Assembly: GCA_023431185.1 (NCBI GenBank)
Contig: JAEYXS010000065.1
Coordinates: forward strand, 77,386 to 141,385
DNA length: 64,000 nucleotides
Reading direction: 5' to 3'
Origin: Verrucomicrobiota bacterium
GTDB lineage: Bacteria; Verrucomicrobiota; Verrucomicrobiia; Limisphaerales; JAEYXS01
Positions 55,072-64,000 of the stretch are shown in pieces. Position numbers and translations under genes: made by a program. Under the pieces are notes generated by a model. The model did no database searches. It saw nothing but the letters and a program-made list of their open reading frames with translations, and was not told the DNA's origin. Positions within the stretch are counted from its first letter, which is position 1, and the number at the start of each line of letters is the position of its first letter.

Positions 55072-56561
55072 TCCCGTTGAATTATGGCCAGCTGGTGATG
55101 GGGTTGATCCCGGAGCTGTTGCTGGTGGCGGCGGCCTTGGCGGTGTTGGGTGTGGACCTGATGGTGCTGCGGGAGGAATCCAAGCGGACACGGTTTGGTT
55201 TCGCTGCCGGTTTCACAGGTTTTGCATCGCTCGCAGCGGTCTTCTGGATCACGACCAGCACGGAACCGATGACGTTGCTCGAAGGCTCCTTCATCGTCAG
55301 TCATCTGACGCAATGGGTGAAGGTCGGCCTTTTGCTGCTGACGGCGCTGACGGTGGCCATGTTCGTGGATGGAGAATTCACGGAGCATATCGGTGAATGT
55401 GTGGCGCTTATTTTGTTCGCTACAGTGGGCATGATGTTGCTGGTGAGTGCGGGCGATCTGCTGCTGCTGTTTGTGGCGTTGGAACTGGTGAGTCTATCGC
55501 TGTATGCGCTGGTGGCTTTCGACAAACGAAGCAAGGAAGGCACGCATGCGGCGCTGCAATACTTCCTCTACGGCGGCATGGCGGCAGCGTTCATGCTCTT
55601 CGGATTCAGTCTGCTCTACGGCTTGACCGGCAGCACGTTGATCGCCGAAGTGGGCAAGGGGGTGGCGGACAAGACGGGTGATCCGGTTCTCCTGGTGGCG
55701 ATGGTCATGGTGATGATGGGGCTGGGTTTCAAGGTGGCTGCAGTGCCGTTTCACCTGTGGGCACCGGCGGTGTATCAAGGGGCACCGGGACCAGCGGCTG
55801 CGTTGGTCGCATCGGGGTCCAAGCTCGCGAGCTTCGTGGTGGTGGCGCGGCTAATGTTCGCAGGATTTGCCGGAGTGGAAGGCGATGCGGCTTGGCGCAG
55901 TTATGTGCAGGGCTGGATGCCGTTGCTGGCGGGCATCGCAGCGTTCTCCATGGTGCTGGGAAATCTGGCGGCACTGGCGCAAAGCAGTCTGCGACGGTTG
56001 CTGGCGTTCTCGGCCGTGGCGCATGCTGGCTATATGCTGCTGGGGATATTGGCGGTGAAGGAAACGGGGTTGCAGGCGGTGTTCTATTACGCCTTCACGT
56101 ATGGTGTGGCGACGATCGGGGCTTTCGGGGTTGCGGTGCTGGTGGAACGGAAACGGGGTGGGGATTCGCTCGTCAATCTTGCGGGTATGGCGAAGCAGTC
56201 GCCGTTAATGGCGGTTTGTTTAATGGTGTTTATTCTGTCACTCGCCGGGATTCCTCCGCTGGCCGGTTTTGTCGGCAAGTTCCATGTGTTTCTCTCGGCG
56301 ACAGCGGTGAAATCGCCTGACCTAGGTCTGCTATGGCTGGTGGCCTTGGCCATCGCGACGAGCGCGATTTCGCTCTATTACTATCTGCAAGTGCTCAAAC
56401 AGGCGTGGGTGGTGAAGGGTGATGAGGCCGCGACTGATCTGAAGCCCGGCGTGGTGACGTTGGTAGTGCTGTGCTTGCTGGCAGTGATTACCATCGTGCT
56501 GGGGTGTGTGCCGGAAGTGATTCTGGGTCCATTGGGAGAGGCGCTTGAGCAAAGTTGGTAG
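55068..56561 (+). CDS. nuoN: complex I subunit N
   Basis: 497 aa. NuoN/ND2-type (LFVALELVSLSLYALVAF, FKVAAVPFHLWAPAVYQGAP). Confidence 0.88.
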   Translation: MIPLNYGQLVMGLIPELLLVAAALAVLGVDLMVLREESKRTRFGFAAGFTGFASLAAVFWITTSTEPMTLLEGSFIVSHLTQWVKVGLLLLTALTVAMFVDGEFTEHIGECVALILFATVGMMLLVSAGDLLLLFVALELVSLSLYALVAFDKRSKEGTHAALQYFLYGGMAAAFMLFGFSLLYGLTGSTLIAEVGKGVADKTGDPVLLVAMVMVMMGLGFKVAAVPFHLWAPAVYQGAPGPAAALVASGSKLASFVVVARLMFAGFAGVEGDAAWRSYVQGWMPLLAGIAAFSMVLGNLAALAQSSLRRLLAFSAVAHAGYMLLGILAVKETGLQAVFYYAFTYGVATIGAFGVAVLVERKRGGDSLVNLAGMAKQSPLMAVCLMVFILSLAGIPPLAGFVGKFHVFLSATAVKSPDLGLLWLVALAIATSAISLYYYLQVLKQAWVVKGDEAATDLKPGVVTLVVLCLLAVITIVLGCVPEVILGPLGEALEQSW

Positions 56562-56572
56562 AAAAGAAAAAC

Positions 56573-56589
56573 GGCAGCCGTAGGCTGCC
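56573..56589. terminator. bidirectional hairpin between nuoN and the convergent gene
   Basis: GGCAGCC-GTA-GGCTGCC, with an A-rich run upstream and a T-containing run downstream. Confidence 0.5.
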
Positions 56590-56617
56590 ATTGAATCTTT
56601 GATTCTAAATCGAGGTC

Positions 56618-58912
56618 TTAAAGCTTTGCTGTTTGAGCCGAAGGTTGCGGCTTGAGCTTCTTGTATTCGGCCACCATCGCTTCAACTTTCAGTTTCTCCG
56701 CAGCGAGCTCATTTTTGGATTTCTCCACGCGGCTCTCTGCGGTGGCGACTTCAGTCTGGGCTTTCTTGGACTGGACAATCAGTGTCTTTATTTTTTTCTC
56801 TGCTTCGAGGGATTCTTTCTCGATGGCCACGAGCTTGGTCTTGGTAGCCTCAATCTCTTCATTGCACTTGGTCAGAGCAGCCTGGGCTTCGGTGACTTTC
56901 TTTTGCAACGGCTCGAGTTCTTTGCGCAGCGCTTCGATTTCCTGTTTCAAAGCTTCCAGAGCTTCGGGCTTGGCCTTCGCGAGGGTGGCTTCGGCCTTCT
57001 TCAGCTTGGCCTCAATCTTGCCAGCGGCCTTCAGGGCATCCTTTAGAGCGTCAGCGGCCTCATCGGCAAAACGTTTGTCGAACTTGGCGACATTCTTCAG
57101 GCCATCCCAGCGGTCAGTGACAATGTTGGCCTGTTTCTTGGCCCGGGCGATATCCTTATCGGCGGTGGACACGATCTCTTTGGCGTCTTCGATTGAGCCA
57201 AGCAATTTCTGATGCTCGGCTTCCTTGGTTGCATAAGCATCCTTGGCCGCATAGACCTTTACATTGAATTGAGCGGCTTGAATCTCAATCAGTTTGCCCT
57301 TTTTGTGATCAATCTGGGCCAATGCCACCTGAATAGCGGCTTCCGTGTCGCTGATTTTTTTCTTGGCGGCATCCAGCTTCACTTTGTCGGATTGCTGGCC
57401 TTCGACAGCGGCCAGTTCTTCTTTGGCCGTGGCCAGATCGGCGGATAGTTTTTCGACGGTCACTTGAGCGACTTCGATCTCCTTCTGCACTGTCTCCAGG
57501 CGCTGTTCCAGCGTGGGCGGGTTGGCGCTCAGTTCACCCAAGAGTTTGCCGTCTTCCGCGTTCCAGACGAAAATGTTGCCGGCCCAATCACTGGCGATGG
57601 CACGCTTGCCATTGTGCGTGAGGGTGGCGCGGACGGGAATGTCATTGGTGACGGCAAATGAGCGTTTTTTGGCACCATTACCGTCCCAGATGGCGACCTG
57701 TTTGTCGCGACCAGCAGTGATGATATTGCCGGTCTGGTCGAAGCTGCCGGAGAGCACGCCACCATTGTGCGCATTGATGCTGCGGACCTGCTGTTCATCT
57801 TCCACCTTCCAGGTGCGGGCGGTGCCGTCTTCGCTGGCGGAAAGGAGCAGTCCCGAATCAGCGCGCCAGCTCAGTTGCGTGATGGAGCCGCGATGCCCGC
57901 GCATGGAGTAGAGTTGTGTGCCCGTGGAAGGTTCCCAGACGAGAATGCCGCCGACGCGATCACCCGTGGCGAGATACTTGCCGTTCGGGCTGAACTCCGC
58001 GGCAGTCACCCAATCAGTATGCTTCTTCAGGCTATATTTCTGCTGGCCATCCGCCGTGGAATAAATTTTAACCAGCTTGCTGGGGCCGCCTAGTACGATC
58101 CACTTTTGGTCAGCGCTAAGGTCGGAAGCTAGCACCGTGTCGAACTCTTCACCCACGGTGATGATTTTATCACCGGTCACCACATCCCATACGGTCGCCA
58201 GACCGATTTTGGCGCCCTCACCACCAGCGGCGAGGAGCATCTTGCCATTGCGACTGAAGCGGACTTGTGCCGGATGACCGCTGGGGAATTTGACGATGCC
58301 GGCCAGCTCCAGCGTGTCCGTGTTATAAACCAATACTTGATGCTGGCCAGTGAGCGCGACGACCGGTGCCCAAGGGCTGGAAGCAATGCCGAGGACGGCG
58401 GTAGTGCGGTCGGTGCGGACAGCGGGTTCCAACAACCAATCCTGAGGCAGAGCAGGGGGACCATCGGGCTTGCCGAGCTTCGAGAGATCCACCGTCATGT
58501 CCACCTTGGGGGCGGAGGAGGCGATGGCTTTGCTGCCGGAGTTTTCCAGCAAGCCGCCCGCGATCCACTTCTTGATCAGCTCGAGTTCTTTGTCGGAAAT
58601 CTTGCTGTTTGGCGGCATTTTGGGCTCTTCCGAATGAGCAGCCACCTTGAAGAGCTTGCTGCCATCCGGATCACCGCTCATCAAGCCGGGACCGGAACTG
58701 CCGCCGCGCAACGCAGCCCCAAAGGTGCTGAGGTCCAAGTCACCCTTGGAGGAATCCTGGCTGTGGCACTTGAAGCAGTTGTTTCGGAAGATGGGAACGA
58801 TGTGGTCCTGGTAATTGACCTTCTCCTGGGCACTGGCTTCCGTAACGAATCCAACTTGCAATGCGGCGATGCCTATTCCACCCAAAACGATTCTTTTCCA
58901 ATGTTTCACCAT
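56618..58912 (-). CDS. PSCyt1 (CxxCH) + WD40 beta-propeller + ~300-aa C-terminal coiled-coil protein
   Basis: 764 aa. Signal/anchor sequence, then NNCFKCHSQDSSKGDLDL. WD40-like repeats follow (GHRGSITQLSWRADSGLLLSASEDGTARTW etc.), then a long heptad-rich K/E/A tail. Confidence 0.75.
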   Translation of the reverse strand: MVKHWKRIVLGGIGIAALQVGFVTEASAQEKVNYQDHIVPIFRNNCFKCHSQDSSKGDLDLSTFGAALRGGSSGPGLMSGDPDGSKLFKVAAHSEEPKMPPNSKISDKELELIKKWIAGGLLENSGSKAIASSAPKVDMTVDLSKLGKPDGPPALPQDWLLEPAVRTDRTTAVLGIASSPWAPVVALTGQHQVLVYNTDTLELAGIVKFPSGHPAQVRFSRNGKMLLAAGGEGAKIGLATVWDVVTGDKIITVGEEFDTVLASDLSADQKWIVLGGPSKLVKIYSTADGQQKYSLKKHTDWVTAAEFSPNGKYLATGDRVGGILVWEPSTGTQLYSMRGHRGSITQLSWRADSGLLLSASEDGTARTWKVEDEQQVRSINAHNGGVLSGSFDQTGNIITAGRDKQVAIWDGNGAKKRSFAVTNDIPVRATLTHNGKRAIASDWAGNIFVWNAEDGKLLGELSANPPTLEQRLETVQKEIEVAQVTVEKLSADLATAKEELAAVEGQQSDKVKLDAAKKKISDTEAAIQVALAQIDHKKGKLIEIQAAQFNVKVYAAKDAYATKEAEHQKLLGSIEDAKEIVSTADKDIARAKKQANIVTDRWDGLKNVAKFDKRFADEAADALKDALKAAGKIEAKLKKAEATLAKAKPEALEALKQEIEALRKELEPLQKKVTEAQAALTKCNEEIEATKTKLVAIEKESLEAEKKIKTLIVQSKKAQTEVATAESRVEKSKNELAAEKLKVEAMVAEYKKLKPQPSAQTAKL

Positions 58913-58928
58913 ACCTCAACAGCTTAAA

Positions 58929-61364
58929 TCAATGGTTGAACATGAACTCTTTCGAATTCAGCAATGACCAGAAGAGATCGTTCAGGGATTCTTCCTGCTT
59001 CTCCTTCTGCACGAGGAAGGGTTCCAGTTTCTCCAGTTCCATCGGAGTGGGTTTGCGTGCGAGCGTGCGGAGATAGAGATCCTCCACGATTTCGTTCGGC
59101 TGTTTGCCCGCGGTGATCAGTTTCTTCACGACACCGCCGCTTTGTACCTTGGTGTTCACGGTGTCACCGTTCAGAAGGTGCAACGCTTGTGACAGATTCG
59201 GCTCCATCTTGACTTCACAGGAGCAAACGGTCTCGCGCGTGGCGCGACCGAAGGTGGTCAGGAAGTAGCTGGTCACATTACCATCCGCGATTTGCACGGC
59301 GCTCATGCCTTTCGGCGTCTTGTTGAAGCGATCCTGTGATTCGGTGACTTGATTGATGGCGTCCAGCAGGATCTCCGCGCGCATGCGACGGATGCTGCCT
59401 TTGGCGAAGTTAACCGTATCTGCGGCATTGCTCTCATTCGCCTGTGTGGCAAGTTGGTAGGTGCGGGAGTTCGTGATGTCGCGCACCAGCGCCTTGAAGT
59501 CATAGTTCGATGCGGTGAAACGCTTGGCCAGTTCATCAAGCAGTTCCGGGTTCGAAGCCGGGTTGCTGATGCGGACATCGTCCACCGGGTCAATGATGCC
59601 GCGACCGTAGAAATGTGCCCAGACAATGTTCACCAGATTGCGGGCGAAGTAAGGATTCTCTGGTGAGGCAAGCCATTCAGCCAGCACGGCACGCCGGTCT
59701 TTTCCTTTGACATCCGCCGGGCCGCCACCAAGGAAGGTGGGCGGTACCGGGCGCCTGGTGACCGGGTGATTGATCTCACCACCGCCACGGTTGTAAACGA
59801 TGGTGTCACGCGGGTCTTCGCCACGTTTGCGTCCGACCTGCGAGAAGAAGGAGGCGAAGCCGTAGTAATCGTTCATGGTCCAGCGGTCAAACGGATGGTT
59901 GTGGCACTGGGCGCACTGGATGCGCATGCCCATGAACACCTGGGCGACATCCTCCGACATCTTCATCACATCCGTCTCCAGCTTGTAATAATTGGCCGGC
60001 GGATTGTTGAAGGTCGAACCGTTGGCGGAGACAATCGCCTTCACCATGTCATCCACGGGCACATTGCTGAGGATCTGTTCACGCAACCAGTTGTAGTAGG
60101 TCATCGTGTTCTTCTCGGAGAAGTAATCGCCATTGTCCTGCACGCTGCGGACACGCAGGAGTTCGCCCCACTTCATCACCCACATGTCGGCGAATTCAGG
60201 TTTGGCGAGGAGTTCATCGATGATGCGCTCACGCTTGCCGGTGCTGATATCGGATTCAAAATCCTTCAGCTCTTGTGTGGTGGGCAGCCGGCCGATTACG
60301 TCGAGGTAAACGCGGCGGAGGAATTTGTTGTCAGCCACCAAAGCGGAGGGCTCCACGCGGATTTTCTTCAGCTTGTTATAAACCAGTTCATCAATGTAGT
60401 TCTTCGCTTCGATCTCGGGGAATTTAAAGTCCTGGCCTTTCGGAACGACAATCACCTGCGAGCCGACGGTGAAGGTCTCAAAACGGGCCATCACGAAAGC
60501 TTCACCACGTTCACCCGCAGTCAGTTGTCCCTGCGGAGTCACTTTCACAGAAACGTCATTGTTGCTGGAGAAAGCGGCCAAGGATGTGACATCGCGGTCC
60601 GTGCCATCGGAATACTTCGCGCGGACGACCAGACGTTGCGAAGTGTTGGAGCCTTCCAGCACAGCTTGCGTCGGATAAATCTCCACGCTGACTGGGGAGG
60701 GGATGTCTTTAGGGTCTTTGGGGGCGCCCGCCTGGATCCAGCGGAGCACGGTCTGGTACAATTCACTGTCAGTTTCGAAGAGTTTACCGCCGGTGTGCTG
60801 GACTTGGCCTGCGCCTTTGGTCAGCAGGAGACTGTCCTCGGGGATGGCGAGGTTGATACGACGGCCGATGATCTCGCGAGTGAGATATTCGTAGTCACCG
60901 TCCGCGTCGTAGCCGAAGAGGGAAAGGCGGAAACCGTCTTTGCCGCGGGCAGCCCCATGGCAACCGCCAGCATTACAACCGGCCTTCATGAATACCGGCA
61001 TCACATCCAGCACGAAGCTGATAGGACGCTCGTCCTGGGCCTTCGAAATTTTGACTGGTACTGTGAGCTTCTGACCTTCGAAGCTGACTTTGAGTTCCGT
61101 CTCACCATCGGCCACCGGATGCACGGCGAAGTTCTCGATCTTGCCTAGTGCGGCGTTGGCGAGACTGATTTTGGCCTTGGCCGTGACGTCACGCGTCGTG
61201 CCGTTATCATAGCTGGCATGCACCACGAACGACTGGCGGTCGCGCTTGGTGGTCAGGTTGATGTCCGGCGGATAAATCTTGATGTCCACCAATTTACCTT
61301 CCTTGGCGGTGAGGGAGCCCACGGCCAGGAGGGTGGCGGTCAGGAATGTCAGGCAACGCTTCAT
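58929..61364 (-). CDS. Ig-like (Big) + DUF1549 (PSCyt2) + DUF1553 (PSD1) protein
   Basis: 811 aa. Signal peptide, GCNAGGCHGAARGKDGFRLSLFGYD, CAQCHNHPFDRWTMNDYYGFASFF, and a C-terminal DUF1553-like FWSLLNSKEFMFNH. Confidence 0.8.
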   Translation of the reverse strand: MKRCLTFLTATLLAVGSLTAKEGKLVDIKIYPPDINLTTKRDRQSFVVHASYDNGTTRDVTAKAKISLANAALGKIENFAVHPVADGETELKVSFEGQKLTVPVKISKAQDERPISFVLDVMPVFMKAGCNAGGCHGAARGKDGFRLSLFGYDADGDYEYLTREIIGRRINLAIPEDSLLLTKGAGQVQHTGGKLFETDSELYQTVLRWIQAGAPKDPKDIPSPVSVEIYPTQAVLEGSNTSQRLVVRAKYSDGTDRDVTSLAAFSSNNDVSVKVTPQGQLTAGERGEAFVMARFETFTVGSQVIVVPKGQDFKFPEIEAKNYIDELVYNKLKKIRVEPSALVADNKFLRRVYLDVIGRLPTTQELKDFESDISTGKRERIIDELLAKPEFADMWVMKWGELLRVRSVQDNGDYFSEKNTMTYYNWLREQILSNVPVDDMVKAIVSANGSTFNNPPANYYKLETDVMKMSEDVAQVFMGMRIQCAQCHNHPFDRWTMNDYYGFASFFSQVGRKRGEDPRDTIVYNRGGGEINHPVTRRPVPPTFLGGGPADVKGKDRRAVLAEWLASPENPYFARNLVNIVWAHFYGRGIIDPVDDVRISNPASNPELLDELAKRFTASNYDFKALVRDITNSRTYQLATQANESNAADTVNFAKGSIRRMRAEILLDAINQVTESQDRFNKTPKGMSAVQIADGNVTSYFLTTFGRATRETVCSCEVKMEPNLSQALHLLNGDTVNTKVQSGGVVKKLITAGKQPNEIVEDLYLRTLARKPTPMELEKLEPFLVQKEKQEESLNDLFWSLLNSKEFMFNH

Positions 61365-61479
61365 GATCCGGATTACTGCTTACTGATACACTTTAAAGGC
61401 ATCGTCCTGCGGGAGGACTTGGGAAAAAGCTGGCTTGACGCACGCGCCAAGCCAGCCCTGTAAAGAGCAAACAACATCA

Positions 61480-62814
61480 TCATGCGATCAAGTCGTGCAG
61501 CACCTCGCCGCCGTCCACGATCTCGATCGGACGGGCGCCGGGGGCGACCAGTTCCTTCTCGGCATCGATGCCGATCTGGTGATACACTGTCTTGGCATAG
61601 CTCTCGACGGACACCGGGTTTTCTTCCGGTTCCGCACCGGTCGGATCAGAGGAGCCGTAAACCATGCCGCGCTTGATGCCGCCACCGGCCATCGCGATGC
61701 TGAACACTTTCGGCCAGTGATCGCGACCGGCGGTCTTGTTGATCATCGGCGTGCGGCCGAATTCCGAGGTGACCATCACCAGCGTGGAGTCGAGCATGCC
61801 GCGTTCATCGAGATCGCGGATCAACCGGGCGAAAGCCTGGTCAAATTGCGGCATCGTGCGGTCCATCGCACCCTTGATGTTGTCATGGTGGTCCCAGCCA
61901 CCGTAGGTGAGGGATACAAAACGGACACCCGACTCGACGAGGCGGCGGGCGAGGATCATGCGCTGACCGGCCGTGTTGCGGCCGTACTCATCACGCAGTT
62001 TCGCATTTTCCTTTTCGATGGCGAAGGCGTCGCGGGCCTTATCGGAGGAGATCATCGCATACGCGCGCTGATAGAAGGAATCCATGCCAGAAAGGGCATC
62101 GGATTTCTCCAGCGAGCTGAAGTGTGCATCCACCGCCTCGCGCATCGTGCGGCGCTGAGCGAAGCGTTCATCTGTGACCCCCTTCGGCAGGGTGAGGTCG
62201 CGAACGGCGAAGTTGCCATTGGCCGGATCGCTGCCCAGGCTGAACGGACCGTAAGCCGAGCCGAGGTAGCCGGTGCCGGCATAGGGATTCGGCACGCTGG
62301 GCACCGCCACATACGGCGGTAAATTCTCGCGGGAACCCAACTCATGCGACACCACGGAGCCGAAGCTCGGGAATTGCAGGGCGGGGCTGGGACGGTAGCC
62401 CGTGAACATGTTGTGCGTGCCGCGTTCGTGGGCGGCTTCGCCATGGGTCATGGAGCGGATTACCGTCAGCTTGTCGGCGATGGCCGCAGTATTCTTCAGG
62501 TGCTCGCTGAAATACTCGCCCTCGATCTTCGTCTTCACCGTGCCCAAGGGGCCGCGGTACTCGATCGGAGAACCAATCTTGGGGTCCCAAGATTCCTGGT
62601 GGGCCATGCCACCGGGGAGGTAAATTTGGATGACGGACTTGGCCTGGCCAGCTTTGCCGCCGAGTTTTTGGCCTTGCTTGGCCGCCGCTTTCACGGCGTT
62701 GGGCAGGGTCAGACCAAAGGTGCCCAATAGGCCGACGAAGAGGAATTCGCGACGGTTGGGACGCCAGATATGGTCACGGCTGTTGCACCAGCCGCCTAGG
62801 TTTTGGTTGCTCAT
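61480..62814 (-). CDS. DUF1501 (sulfatase-fold) protein
   Basis: 444 aa. RREFLFVGLLG leader, then IQIYLPGGMAHQESWDPK, GRDHWP and SSDPTGAEP motifs. Confidence 0.85.
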   Translation of the reverse strand: MSNQNLGGWCNSRDHIWRPNRREFLFVGLLGTFGLTLPNAVKAAAKQGQKLGGKAGQAKSVIQIYLPGGMAHQESWDPKIGSPIEYRGPLGTVKTKIEGEYFSEHLKNTAAIADKLTVIRSMTHGEAAHERGTHNMFTGYRPSPALQFPSFGSVVSHELGSRENLPPYVAVPSVPNPYAGTGYLGSAYGPFSLGSDPANGNFAVRDLTLPKGVTDERFAQRRTMREAVDAHFSSLEKSDALSGMDSFYQRAYAMISSDKARDAFAIEKENAKLRDEYGRNTAGQRMILARRLVESGVRFVSLTYGGWDHHDNIKGAMDRTMPQFDQAFARLIRDLDERGMLDSTLVMVTSEFGRTPMINKTAGRDHWPKVFSIAMAGGGIKRGMVYGSSDPTGAEPEENPVSVESYAKTVYHQIGIDAEKELVAPGARPIEIVDGGEVLHDLIA

Positions 62815-63131
62815 ATTTACCTATGGTTGTGTTGATTAGGGCTTGGGACAGTATAAAACTTTATTTTCGGCCTATTGCAACTCGCAACTCAGCTTCTTTT
62901 TCAATTTTTCGCTGTGTGCTGCTACGTTCATCCGCACACGAGCTCCTTAGATTCGACGGGCCGTGACCCCAATAGGTTACGACCATTATTTGCCCTGTTC
63001 CAGACAGGGTGGTGTCAACATAGTCTGACGCACTTCAACCGGGCTTATTCATTCAGTCGTAAAAATTATTCTAAAAATTTCAGAAAACTTTTTGCGACTT
63101 GGATTGTTCCCCCAGACTTGTCGCTTAAGAC

Positions 63132-64000
63132 CTACTTAACCAGTTCTACAGCAAAGAGTTTCGCGCCATCGCGCACGTACAGCCTGCCGTCCGAGTAGGC
63201 CGGATAGCTCCAAGTCTTGCCGCAGGCTTGGAGGCGTCCCAATTCGTCATATTTGGTCGGATCGATCTTTAAAAGGCGTAATTCCCCGGCATCGCTCATC
63301 ACCAGTAGTTTATCTTGGAAGGCCATGACCGAGGCGTAATCGCCAAAGCCCGGCTGATTCCACTTCACCTCCCCCGTCTTGAAATCAATGCACAGAAACT
63401 CGGTCTTGCTGCCCGGTCCCAATCCATACAGATGGCCATTCACCAGCACCGGGGTGGCAATATTGATTTTCAAGGCTGGGTTCTTCCACTCCTCAATAGC
63501 TTGCAACCCATTGGGGCCCTTGGAGATGCGGAATTTTATCAGCCCAATCGAATGAGAAGCTACGGTCACGGTGTCGCCATCAATGATGGGGGTGACGATA
63601 TGGCGCTTGGCCCCGCTTTTGAGTGGTACACGCCAAAGAATCTTGCCCGTGGCCACCTCCGCGCCGAGCAACGCATCCGCGCTGAACCAAACCACCTGTT
63701 TTACCCCTGACAGTGTCGCCACTACGAGCGAAGCATAGGCGGCGTTATCCTGACCGGCCTTCCAGAGCACTTTGCCCGTGTTTTTGTCGAAGCAGACGAG
63801 CGCACCGCCTTCTGGACTGCCCACCGGGAGGAACAGGCGGTTGCCATCGATGACCCCGGAGCCATTGTTCCCATGCCGCCGCGCGGCGGTTTCCTTCGCC
63901 GCCGGATCGTTCTGGTTCAGGAAGAAGGTCGCCCCGAAATCCTTCGCAAAACTGGTCTTCCACACCGTTTTGCCGTCCTTGAGGGACAGGCAACTGAACT
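63132..64000 (-). CDS. PQQ-like (BamB-type) beta-propeller repeat protein, 5' end beyond window
   Basis: The frame of ORF 63132..63965 stays open to base 64000 (...SLKDGKTVWKTSF). Recurrent tGk.lW. blade motifs and a C-terminal LYVRDGAKLFAVEL. Confidence 0.7.
   Translation of the reverse strand, partial: FSCLSLKDGKTVWKTSFAKDFGATFFLNQNDPAAKETAARRHGNNGSGVIDGNRLFLPVGSPEGGALVCFDKNTGKVLWKAGQDNAAYASLVVATLSGVKQVVWFSADALLGAEVATGKILWRVPLKSGAKRHIVTPIIDGDTVTVASHSIGLIKFRISKGPNGLQAIEEWKNPALKINIATPVLVNGHLYGLGPGSKTEFLCIDFKTGEVKWNQPGFGDYASVMAFQDKLLVMSDAGELRLLKIDPTKYDELGRLQACGKTWSYPAYSDGRLYVRDGAKLFAVELVK

Overview
GC-rich, almost fully coding 64-kb chromosomal segment. The host is probably a PVC-superphylum bacterium (Verrucomicrobiota or Planctomycetota); this is inferred from two PSCyt/DUF1549-DUF1553 + DUF1501 gene modules and a DUF1080 fusion. 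The left edge carries a compact bacterial proteasome and ubiquitin-like tagging operon: dop, a 57-codon UBact/Pup-like ORF absent from the supplied ORF track, prcB, prcA and pafA, followed by tRNA-Arg(CCG). Next come housekeeping genes (purN, hisG, trpF, lysS, htrA-like, dnaJ-like) and a 33-codon bS22-like micro-ORF that is also missing from the track. There are two paralogous secreted esterases flanking a TAT-exported sulfite-oxidase-family molybdoenzyme, a MarR-HlyD-ABC efflux operon and a LysR/cyclase/RidA/VOC cluster. A ~12.6-kb complex-I-like operon reads nuoABCD-[macro domain]-IHJKLMMN: it has no nuoEFG, two nuoM copies, a long nuoL, and a macro-domain gene wedged between nuoD and nuoI. 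Non-coding DNA is concentrated at 18.0-19.6 kb, 32.2-32.4 kb and 42.3-43.6 kb. It contains a family of short elements (TTAACC-type anchor plus three phased ~10-bp direct repeats), a 182-bp palindromic element and a degenerate tandem array. I saw no rRNA, CRISPR array, transposase, integrase or recognisable defence genes. All functional calls come from motif recognition by eye, not from database searches.
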